DNA of 64,000 nt from assembly GCA_963833575.1 (NCBI GenBank), contig CAWHXY010000007.1:256001-320000 (forward strand). The letters run 5' to 3'. Positions 19,931-28,465 of the stretch are shown one piece after another. The notes beneath the pieces were generated by a model that had not been told where the DNA came from, did not search any database, and worked only from the letters and a program-made list of their open reading frames with translations. The DNA comes from Candidatus Bathyarchaeota archaeon. GTDB taxonomy: Archaea > Thermoproteota > Bathyarchaeia > Bathyarchaeales > Bathycorpusculaceae. Position numbers and translations under genes: made by a program. Position 1 is the first letter of the stretch. Each line of letters starts with the position of its first letter.

Positions 19931-21334
19931 ATGGATACAAGAAAAGAGATTGATCCTTTAGGTGAGAAAGCAATTCCTAAAGACGCTTATTATGGGATTC
20001 AAACGCTTCGGGCAACCGAAAATTTTCCTGTAAGCGGAATCAAAGCACCTCTGCCGTTCATTAAAGCATATGTCCTTGTGAAAAAGTCAGCGGCCATTGC
20101 AAACGCTCAATTGGGTTGCTTGGAAGAGAAGAAGGCAAAAGCAATCATTCAAGCATGTAACGAATTGTTGGCAGGCAAACTTGTCGACCAATTTGTCGTT
20201 GACATTTTTCAAGCAGGTGCTGGCACATCTTTTAACATGAATGTCAATGAGGTTTTGGCGAACCGAGCGCTGGAAATTTTGGGCAGAGCCAAAGGCGAAT
20301 ACAAAACTGTGAGCCCGAACGACCATGTAAATTTAGGGCAGTCTACTAATGACACGTTTCCTACAGCACTTCACGTTTCAGTTCTCATGTCTTTGCAACC
20401 GTTGCTTTCTACGCTCAATGAGTTAGCTGATGCGTTTTACGTTTTAGGTAAAAAATATGCTCATTTGTTAAAATCGGGAAGGACACATCTCCAAGATGCT
20501 GTGCCAGTGACGATAGGTCAAGAATTCAGTGCCTACGGTTCGGCAATTGCTAATGCTTGTGCAGAGCTGAGGAAAAGACAAGAAAACTTGTATTCTGTAG
20601 CTTTAGGCGGCACAGCAGTTGGAACTGGAGCTAATTCACACCCTAACTACAAACTCCTCGCAATAGCAGAATTAGGTAGAATGACTGGTTTCCCACTTAA
20701 GGCGGCATCAAACAATTTTGAAGCCCTCCAAAGTCAAAGGCCAGCACAGACGGTTTCAAGTAGTCTTAAAGAATTGGCTCTTGAGCTTACCAGAATTGCA
20801 AATGACCTGCGCCTTCTCGCTTCCGGCCCTACAACTGGCTTGAACGAGATTGTGCTTCCGCCTGTCCAACCTGGATCATCTATTATGCCGGGAAAAGTGA
20901 ACCCAGTAATGGCCGAATGCTTAGACATGGTGGCGTATCAAGTAGTTGGAAATGATTTGGCGACATCCTTAGCGGTTCAAGCTGGGCAATTGGAACTCAA
21001 CGTTATGACCCCAACGATCATGTATAACATACTGTTCTCAATTCAAATCCTAACCAACTACATTCCAGTTTTTACAGCAAAATGCGTCAGAGGCATAACC
21101 GTAAACGAGAAACAATGCAGTCAATTCTTGGAAAAGAACCCATCCTTAGCCACACTTCTATCACCCTACATCGGCTATTTGGAAGCAGCAAAGATCGCCA
21201 AACAAGCTCAAGCAGAAAACCGCTCAATCAAAGAAATAGCGTTAGAAAAGAAACTTCTTAAATCAGAAGATATCGAAAAAATATTTAACCATAAAAATCT
21301 GCTAAACGAACAATCAAATAAAATTAAAGACTAA
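19931..21334 (+). CDS. aspA: Aspartate ammonia-lyase (class II fumarase not excluded)
   Basis: YYGIQTLRATENF, QAGAGTSFNMN, GRTHLQDAVP, GSSIMPGKVNP. Confidence 0.75.
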   Translation: MDTRKEIDPLGEKAIPKDAYYGIQTLRATENFPVSGIKAPLPFIKAYVLVKKSAAIANAQLGCLEEKKAKAIIQACNELLAGKLVDQFVVDIFQAGAGTSFNMNVNEVLANRALEILGRAKGEYKTVSPNDHVNLGQSTNDTFPTALHVSVLMSLQPLLSTLNELADAFYVLGKKYAHLLKSGRTHLQDAVPVTIGQEFSAYGSAIANACAELRKRQENLYSVALGGTAVGTGANSHPNYKLLAIAELGRMTGFPLKAASNNFEALQSQRPAQTVSSSLKELALELTRIANDLRLLASGPTTGLNEIVLPPVQPGSSIMPGKVNPVMAECLDMVAYQVVGNDLATSLAVQAGQLELNVMTPTIMYNILFSIQILTNYIPVFTAKCVRGITVNEKQCSQFLEKNPSLATLLSPYIGYLEAAKIAKQAQAENRSIKEIALEKKLLKSEDIEKIFNHKNLLNEQSNKIKD

Positions 21335-21436
21335 GTGACTAATAACTAAATTCTTTAGCCAAAAGACCGCAATTAAGATATGACTATCTTAGTTGTCAAA
21401 GACTTTGAACAAAAAGTTCTTTGATCATGTTGAAAG

Positions 21437-22831
21437 TTAACCTGACGTGCCGAAGCCGCTTACTGTGACTCCAACATTTGATGAGCTAGAGCTTGATTGT
21501 GCATCAACAACGATAGCCCAAATTATATCCTGCGAAGGATACAACTGCATTAAATCGTCATTACTCAACCATACGGAACTACTATTAGTAAATGTCTTAG
21601 CTACGCCGGCGGACATAACATTATCAACAAACTCCAACCGAATCCTAACAGTAACAACTTCATTTGTTTGGAAATTGCCAGTAACCTGAATTTTAGGTGT
21701 GAAACTAAAGATTTTAAGAGGAAGCATCTGAATAGTTGCGTTTGTCCCATACTGACCGCTTAAGCCTATGGGTACATTCACGTTTTGTCTTTCAAAAGCA
21801 GTCGAAGCTCCTGAAATCCATATTCCATAGGGGTTATGAATCATTGCAGTTAAATTACCCAAAAAACTCACGCCGCTATCTAGTATAGGCGGATATTTAG
21901 CGGTTTGTCCAATGTCAATTGCGTAGATGTCGTTGGGTTGGTCAGTGAAGGATTCGAAAACCACTCCGACTAGGAGGGATTGAGTCATTGTTCCGTCAAG
22001 CAAAAGTCCAGTTTGATTTGTTACCCCATCTTCACCCATCCACACTCTAACATCTTGCAATTGACTGTCCGAAAACTCAGCCAATGGCTCCACATTAATG
22101 GCTACACTGTTGTCTCTAAGGTTAAAAAAGCAACGATCAATTTGGGAACTTGCATACGAGCCAGTTGCGGAACCCGTTGCATTGTCGGGTGGAGTTCGAA
22201 AAGTTATGCCTTCGGTTGCGTTGAAGAAGTTGCAATCTTCAATTTTGGTGTTTTCACTCCAAGTGTTTGTGTTGGCAATTTCAATGCCAATTGAGGTATT
22301 CTCGAAAATCACATTGGAAATTGTTGTTCCAAATGAGTTTTCAATTCTTACGGTTCCATTTATGATAGTTAAGCCTGAGATTGTTGCATATTGTGAATAG
22401 GTGTAGTTATCTCCTCTGATGGTAATTTTGTGGCCGTTTCCAATTATGATTGCTTGATCGCCGATGATTTTTGCATTTATTTTGTTTGAGACATTAACGT
22501 CCGAGGTTAAGGTGTACGTTCCAGCGTTGAGATAAACGCTGTTTCCCGTGTCAAGTGCGCTGTCAAGAATTAAAGAAACGCTTCCGCTATTTGTTATGGA
22601 GCCAGTTAACATATTTTTTAATTGATAATCAGTACTCGCTTTTGAAATAACAAAATTATATGGAACAGCTCCAACGGGTCCGCTGGTTCGTTCAAAAATC
22701 AGGAAAGTGTTGAATGCGGAGAAGGCAAGTAAAGCTACGAGAAAAATAATGATAAGGCGTTTAGAGAGAGTTATGTTAGAGTTAGCTTTCATCTTAAAGG
22801 CTCGGACAATTTGGAATACTGTATGAACCAT
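21437..22831 (-). CDS. Membrane-anchored/secreted protein, probable beta-helix
   Basis: N-terminal hydrophobic helix; VYLNAGTYTL then Asn/Ile/Gly-rich repeats; many N-x-S/T sites. Confidence 0.6.
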   Translation of the reverse strand: MVHTVFQIVRAFKMKANSNITLSKRLIIIFLVALLAFSAFNTFLIFERTSGPVGAVPYNFVISKASTDYQLKNMLTGSITNSGSVSLILDSALDTGNSVYLNAGTYTLTSDVNVSNKINAKIIGDQAIIIGNGHKITIRGDNYTYSQYATISGLTIINGTVRIENSFGTTISNVIFENTSIGIEIANTNTWSENTKIEDCNFFNATEGITFRTPPDNATGSATGSYASSQIDRCFFNLRDNSVAINVEPLAEFSDSQLQDVRVWMGEDGVTNQTGLLLDGTMTQSLLVGVVFESFTDQPNDIYAIDIGQTAKYPPILDSGVSFLGNLTAMIHNPYGIWISGASTAFERQNVNVPIGLSGQYGTNATIQMLPLKIFSFTPKIQVTGNFQTNEVVTVRIRLEFVDNVMSAGVAKTFTNSSSVWLSNDDLMQLYPSQDIIWAIVVDAQSSSSSSNVGVTVSGFGTSG

Positions 22832-22999
22832 CGTTAATAAAATTTTATGGAATCACGCATGCGAAGATAAGGTATAGGATAGTTGACAATCGGTGGAAAT
22901 AATTTTTTCGAGAAAAAAATATTAATTCAACTTGGCGTTTTGATAAAAAAACTTCTTTTAAAAACATGTTAAGTCAATCTTAAGCGAGCAATAAGCAGA

Positions 23000-23296
23000 T
23001 TAGAGTTTCACTATTTGCGCATGAGGTATGCCCTCGATTTTTATCACTGCTTCAGGATGCACGTAACCTTTTGATATTGCTTTTTCAACGCATGCTTGCC
23101 CTACAAGGTTTACTATAGTAGAGTTATCAATCATGCTCATGGCTTCTTCAACTGTTGCTTTTCGACCATTATAAAACTCATCTTTAATATGGAAAACAAT
23201 TTTGCCTTCTCGAAGTGTCTTGCCAAGTAGGTCGCTGTCGCAAACAGCTAACAACACGTTTCTGCCGACTTGTTTTAGGTTTACGTAGACTTCCAT
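23000..23296 (-). CDS. DUF424 family protein
   Basis: LLAVCDSDLLGKTLREG...FYNG...IVNLVG...IEGIPHAQ. Confidence 0.88.
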   Translation of the reverse strand: MEVYVNLKQVGRNVLLAVCDSDLLGKTLREGKIVFHIKDEFYNGRKATVEEAMSMIDNSTIVNLVGQACVEKAISKGYVHPEAVIKIEGIPHAQIVKL

Positions 23297-23308
23297 TTTT
23301 TAGCTCTC

Positions 23309-23728
23309 TCAAAGCTGTTTAATTGATGATTTTGCGCCGCAAGCATTACATACCAAAAACGAAAGCCGTTTTTCCTTAACAATTCGAGTATCTGGCCGCT
23401 TGCAAACGGGACAAATTACATAACTCTCCAAATACCGTTGCAGTAAACGTTCAAAACTATCGCCGCGAAATTTTCCTTGGAAAATTGCTCTTGAATCTTG
23501 AAAAGTCGCTGCGGTAGCCATTTCTCTTGTTAAGAACTTTAATATGTGCTGAGGATCACGATCTAAAGCTTCAGCAACATCCTTAAAATTGGAAATAATC
23601 GTTCGCATTCCAACTGTGTTAACATATAATCTTGGTAATTCTAAACGTTCACGTTTCGCAGAGACTTCGGGCATTTGTGCGCACGCTTTCTTTAGCAGTT
23701 CGTCGTAATTGAAGGACATATTTCGCAT
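23309..23728 (-). CDS. eif2b: Translation initiation factor aIF-2 beta subunit
   Basis: RTIISNFKDVAEALDRDPQHILKFL; CPVCKRPDT...CNACGA zinc ribbon. Confidence 0.95.
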   Translation of the reverse strand: MRNMSFNYDELLKKACAQMPEVSAKRERLELPRLYVNTVGMRTIISNFKDVAEALDRDPQHILKFLTREMATAATFQDSRAIFQGKFRGDSFERLLQRYLESYVICPVCKRPDTRIVKEKRLSFLVCNACGAKSSIKQL

Positions 23729-23876
23729 CTCACCAAATCATTATGCTATGATCTATTTAAAAATTCTAATGCGAAGAGCATTAATTGATATGGGATCTCA
23801 TATTTTCTATTGACAACTAATATAAATTCGAAGGTAACAATCATCATAAGCTTGAGCTTACATATGGGGCTATCTA

Positions 23877-24848
23877 ATGAGCAATGAACAAAAAACCATC
23901 AGGATAGAGGACATTAATCAGCAAATCGAAAAACTTAGGAAGCAAGCTGAAACAGCTGCGGTCCAAATCACGAAACACATTGAGCAACGAAATCAGTTGA
24001 ACGACTTAGTAAAGAAAAGCCATCAAGAAATCAATGACTTAAAAACTGAGCGGGATAGCATAAATGAAAAAGTTAAGCTGCTAAAGATGCAAAGAGACGA
24101 AATCAGAGCAAAGGCCACACCTATCATAGAACAAATCAATGTTAGAAAAGAAAAAATTGCAGAATACAAAAAGAAAGTACCACGCGAAAGACAACAGGAC
24201 TTACAGCAAGAACTTGAAGCAATAGAATGGAAGATTCAGACAACATCTCTTGATTTACAAGAAGAAAAACGGATGATTGAGAATGTTAAAGAGCTGGAAA
24301 CTCTTCTCAGTGCATACAAAAAAATCGATAAACAAAATTCGAAAATTAAGGACTTAATAATTCAAAAGAAAGCCATTGAAGATGAAGCGGACGTATTTCA
24401 CAATGAATTAACTGATCTAGCAAAAAAGAGTCAAGATTTACATACAAAAATGATCGAAAAAGTCAACGCTGTCAAAATAAGCAGGGCCCAAGCTGACGGT
24501 CTTCATCAAGCGTATGTTAAGACAAAAGAAGAAATTTTAGGCATGCAGGTGAAAATTGCAGAGCTAACTGGACAGTTACGCGGTTTGAAAACTGCATTGT
24601 ATGAGGAAGAAAAAATCCGAAGATTGGCGTCTCAGCAAGCTTATAGGGAAAGACAGAATGCATATAAAGAAAGAGAAAAAGCTGCGGAAGAACAACAACA
24701 GGTTGTCAAAGAAAAGCAACAGGCTATTAAAGAGAAACTTGGGGCTGAGGCTAAAGAAAAATTGAAAAAAGGCGAAAAATTAAGTTGGAATGAGTTTCAG
24801 CTTGCTTTAGGCGACGATCCTGAAGAAGACTCTGAGACCAAAAATTAA
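23877..24848 (+). CDS. Archaeal coiled-coil protein (COG1340-like)
   Basis: Heptad-rich; IEWKIQTTSLDLQEEK; KLKKGEKLSWNE end; upstream of DUF373. Confidence 0.8.
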   Translation: MSNEQKTIRIEDINQQIEKLRKQAETAAVQITKHIEQRNQLNDLVKKSHQEINDLKTERDSINEKVKLLKMQRDEIRAKATPIIEQINVRKEKIAEYKKKVPRERQQDLQQELEAIEWKIQTTSLDLQEEKRMIENVKELETLLSAYKKIDKQNSKIKDLIIQKKAIEDEADVFHNELTDLAKKSQDLHTKMIEKVNAVKISRAQADGLHQAYVKTKEEILGMQVKIAELTGQLRGLKTALYEEEKIRRLASQQAYRERQNAYKEREKAAEEQQQVVKEKQQAIKEKLGAEAKEKLKKGEKLSWNEFQLALGDDPEEDSETKN

Positions 24849-24878
24849 AGTTACCTTACACAGTATGATGGGAATAGA

Positions 24879-26132
24879 GTGAGGATGGCTAAAAAGGAAA
24901 CGCAAGAAGCAACGCAAAAACGTATCCTAATTTTATGTGTTGATAGAGATGGCGATTTAGAAGTTAAGGCAGGAGTAAAAACACCGCTTCTTGGAAGAAC
25001 CGCAAACTTAGACGGGGCAGTTTCCTTAGCTTTAAGAGACCCAGAAGAACCAGATGCGAACGCCATGTTTGAGGCGGTCCGACTATATGACAGATTGCAA
25101 AACGAAAAGCAACCTGAAGAAATTTTTGAAGTCGCCACAATATCTGGTTCTGATTTAGGCGGAGTTAGCGCGGACCGAAAATTAGTCTCTGAACTAAATA
25201 ATTTACTTGAGACTTTTAGTGCCAAGGAAGTAATTTTGGTTAGTGATGGTTATTCTGATGAAGCAATATTGCCTCTTGTTGAATCCAGAGTACCGGTTTC
25301 TTCAGTCCGTCGAATCGTAATCAAACATAGTGAATCAATTGAAGAGACAGCGGCACTTTTTACAAAATATATGAAGTTGCTAGTCGATAATCCAAGATAT
25401 GCCCGCCTAGCATTGGGTTTGCCGGGCTTATTGGTTTTTATTTTCGGTATCCTTTGGGCTATCAATAACTACGTTTATCCCGGCGCTATTTATTATTACG
25501 GCATAGCAATCGTAATTGTCATTGGCGGTTACTTACTCATCAAAGGCTTTGGCATTGACAGATCAGCTAAAGACGCCTATAAGTGGGTAAGAGAATATTC
25601 ACCACCATCAATACCGATTCAATTTTCAAATTACACAATTTTCGCTGGAATTTTATGCGTTGCAGTTAGTGTTTACCTTGGAATAGCATACGTTTCTCTT
25701 AATGCGGGACCATTTCCAAATAATTTAACCGGCTGGATTTCTACTACGCCTAAAATAGCAACTTTCTTTATAAAAGGTTTCCAAGACCTGTTAATCTCGG
25801 GTTTGATCATTGTTCTTTTTGGGCGAAGCGTGCGTCTATACATCGAAAGAGATTCAAGATTACTTCGCAATGTTGCTTTGATTGTTTTTGTTGCATGGTT
25901 TCGTTGGATTCTTGCAGCAACGGCAAACGTGATTTACAGCATATACTCCTCAAACGGACAGTCAATAATAGATTTCAATAACCAGAATTTTTCGATGTTT
26001 ATTTTTACAATAATAGTTGGCATTCTAATCGGCATTGCTTCTGTGCTTTTAATTTACATAGCTAGCAGATCCACTAAAAACTTCTTCCAACAGACTGAAA
26101 AGCAACCCGAAAAAAATCAAGCTTCAAAATAG
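24879..26132 (+). CDS. DUF373 family membrane protein
   Basis: LILCVDRDGDL...DPEEPDANAMFEAV...VSDGYSDE plus TM helices. Confidence 0.88.
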   Translation: MRMAKKETQEATQKRILILCVDRDGDLEVKAGVKTPLLGRTANLDGAVSLALRDPEEPDANAMFEAVRLYDRLQNEKQPEEIFEVATISGSDLGGVSADRKLVSELNNLLETFSAKEVILVSDGYSDEAILPLVESRVPVSSVRRIVIKHSESIEETAALFTKYMKLLVDNPRYARLALGLPGLLVFIFGILWAINNYVYPGAIYYYGIAIVIVIGGYLLIKGFGIDRSAKDAYKWVREYSPPSIPIQFSNYTIFAGILCVAVSVYLGIAYVSLNAGPFPNNLTGWISTTPKIATFFIKGFQDLLISGLIIVLFGRSVRLYIERDSRLLRNVALIVFVAWFRWILAATANVIYSIYSSNGQSIIDFNNQNFSMFIFTIIVGILIGIASVLLIYIASRSTKNFFQQTEKQPEKNQASK

Positions 26133-26247
26133 TTTTGTCCAGAGTTTATTTTGAATTTTGGGGCAAGATTTAATTGAAACTATCAATGTTTAGACTATAA
26201 TGCATCTAGAAAATGCGTTGAACGTCTAAAATGCGAGGTCACGCTTA

Positions 26248-27045
26248 GTGCTAAAAAAAATGCTTTCTGTTATTGGCGCTTACAAAGTTTATGAGAAATG
26301 GCTTTGGCAACAAGTCAAAAGCGGAGTAAAGCCCGAACATATTGCTATAATTCTAGATGGCAATAGGCGTTGGGCAAACGAGCAGGAAGCTAAGCCTTTG
26401 TTGTTACAGGATAAATGGGGTCATGCTGAAGGTGCCGACACTGTTGAATTGCTTTTAGATTGGTGCCACCTTATTAACGTAAAATATGTTACACTCTATA
26501 CGTTTTCCACTGAGAATTTTGCGAGACACTCGGATGAAGTTGAAAAAATAATGCAGCTTGCTGATGAGAGATTCCGCAAGCTCCTAAAAGACGAGCGTTT
26601 ACATCGGGATAAGATTCATATTAAAGTTATGGGTAGAGTTAATTTGTTGCCTAAAAGTTTACAGGAAACCATCGCACTACTTGAAAAGGCGACTGCAGAT
26701 TATGATTCTTATTTCTGGAATTTCGCTTTCGCATATGGGGGCAGAGCTGAAATTGTTGATGCGACTAAACAGATTGCGATGAAAGTAAAAGACGGCGAAT
26801 TAGACGTGGATGATGTTACTGAAAGTACTTTCGAAAAGTACCTCTACACATCGCATATGGACAAGCAGGACCCTGACATGATAATTCGCACTTCAGGAGA
26901 GGAACGATTAAGCGGTTTCTTGCTTTGGCAAGCCGCCTACAGCGAACTTTTGTTTTTAGACGTATATTGGCCTGAATTCCGCCTGATCGACCTATTAAGA
27001 GCCATCAGGACTTTTCAGAACAGGAAACGTCGTTTCGGCTCTTAA
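26248..27045 (+). CDS. uppS: cis-prenyltransferase (polyprenyl diphosphate synthase)
   Basis: HIAIILDGNRRWA, FSTENF, YGGRAEI, IRTSGEERLSGFLLWQ, RRFG. Confidence 0.96.
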   Translation: MLKKMLSVIGAYKVYEKWLWQQVKSGVKPEHIAIILDGNRRWANEQEAKPLLLQDKWGHAEGADTVELLLDWCHLINVKYVTLYTFSTENFARHSDEVEKIMQLADERFRKLLKDERLHRDKIHIKVMGRVNLLPKSLQETIALLEKATADYDSYFWNFAFAYGGRAEIVDATKQIAMKVKDGELDVDDVTESTFEKYLYTSHMDKQDPDMIIRTSGEERLSGFLLWQAAYSELLFLDVYWPEFRLIDLLRAIRTFQNRKRRFGS

Positions 27046-27060
27046 ACAATAACTTCAAAA

Positions 27061-28284
27061 CTAAGTGCGCTTTTTGGCGCTAACTATTGAGATAACATCC
27101 CTGTCTTTCAAGATAGCATCTTCTCCAATTCTTCTTTTGTCACGCGCATCAACGGCGTAGATGAAGCTTTCGCCAAGCTCACTGTGAATTATGTAGGCGA
27201 ATTGTCTTGCCGTTGTTCCCTTTGGAATCAGGTAAGTGTCTGGCAGGACTCGGCCGTTATGATCTGAGAGATGTTCTAAATCTTCAACAGGATAGACTGT
27301 TATCATGTTGAGCAGTTTGAAGTAAGCCAAATTCATAGCGTTTTGGACGCCTGTAGACCCGTTTTTAACTAGCACTTTTTCTCGAATAGCTTCCAAAGCC
27401 TTAATTTGACCTGCGGACAATTTTTCTGACTGTGTTATCTTAAAGTCAGAGTCACCTGGTTTGTAATCGACTAATTGTTTCTCAGCTGCGCGTCTAAGCC
27501 CTAGTTCAGCTTCAGCCGAACATGGAATTACCATGTAATTAAGGTCTTTCATCCGTTTTAGATTCGCTTCGGCGGTTGGCAAATCAATCTTGTTTGCAAC
27601 TATGAGCATCGGTTTTGACATTTTTCTTAAAGTGTCAACAAATCTGTAAAAGTCTTCATCAGACCATGTGGTTGGTTTGTCTATGTTTAGGTTGGCGGTT
27701 CGGATTGCTTCAGCTACAAGTTGACGTCTTATGCCTAACCCTGTTAATCGGTCTTCAAGGGGCAGGGCAATGCCTTTTTTATCTGCTTCAGCTGTTCTAG
27801 CGATTTTTGACCAATCTTTTTTGAGGATGGTAACCATCCACATGGTTATTTCATGTTCAAGAAACTTAACATCTTCTAGCGGATCATGTTCACCTGGTTT
27901 GCATGAGCGTCCTTCGCAGTCGGTTCCCCCTGAAGCGTCAACTACGTGGACAAGTGCATCTGCTCTACGGATTTCGTCTAAGAATTGGTTGCCTAACCCG
28001 CGTCCTTCCCATGCACCGGGAACAATCCCTGCGATATCGATTAATTCGACTGGAACAAGCCTCACGCCATCAAGACAAAGTGAGTTTTTTGGGCTGTCTT
28101 TTACTTTGAATTCTTCATGAACACATTTTGTCCGTACGAAGCCGACGCCCCTGTTTGGTTTAATCGTAGTGAAAGGATAATTGGCTATTTCAGCAGCTAC
28201 TAGAGTAGCTGCGCTAAAGAATGTGGATTTGCCAGTGTTAGGCTTTCCAACTACACCAAGTAAACGCGAATAAGACCGTTGCAT
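27061..28284 (-). CDS. ychF: Obg-family NTPase YchF/Ygr210 with TGS domain
   Basis: GKPNTGKST, ANYPFTTI, DIAG, GLGNQFL, NKID. Confidence 0.9.
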   Translation of the reverse strand: MQRSYSRLLGVVGKPNTGKSTFFSAATLVAAEIANYPFTTIKPNRGVGFVRTKCVHEEFKVKDSPKNSLCLDGVRLVPVELIDIAGIVPGAWEGRGLGNQFLDEIRRADALVHVVDASGGTDCEGRSCKPGEHDPLEDVKFLEHEITMWMVTILKKDWSKIARTAEADKKGIALPLEDRLTGLGIRRQLVAEAIRTANLNIDKPTTWSDEDFYRFVDTLRKMSKPMLIVANKIDLPTAEANLKRMKDLNYMVIPCSAEAELGLRRAAEKQLVDYKPGDSDFKITQSEKLSAGQIKALEAIREKVLVKNGSTGVQNAMNLAYFKLLNMITVYPVEDLEHLSDHNGRVLPDTYLIPKGTTARQFAYIIHSELGESFIYAVDARDKRRIGEDAILKDRDVISIVSAKKRT

Positions 28285-28465
28285 TTGTCAAGTCACATAG
28301 TATAGTTGCTATTCATAATGCTATATTACTTACGCTTCCAAAGTCAAGTTAGTTGCTTGCGGGTTGTGTTCTACAAAAGACTGACATACCCAATTATCCG
28401 ACATAATAATAAACAACCGATGGATACCTATCAATATCCATATATCACGAAGCGATTGAAACAAA

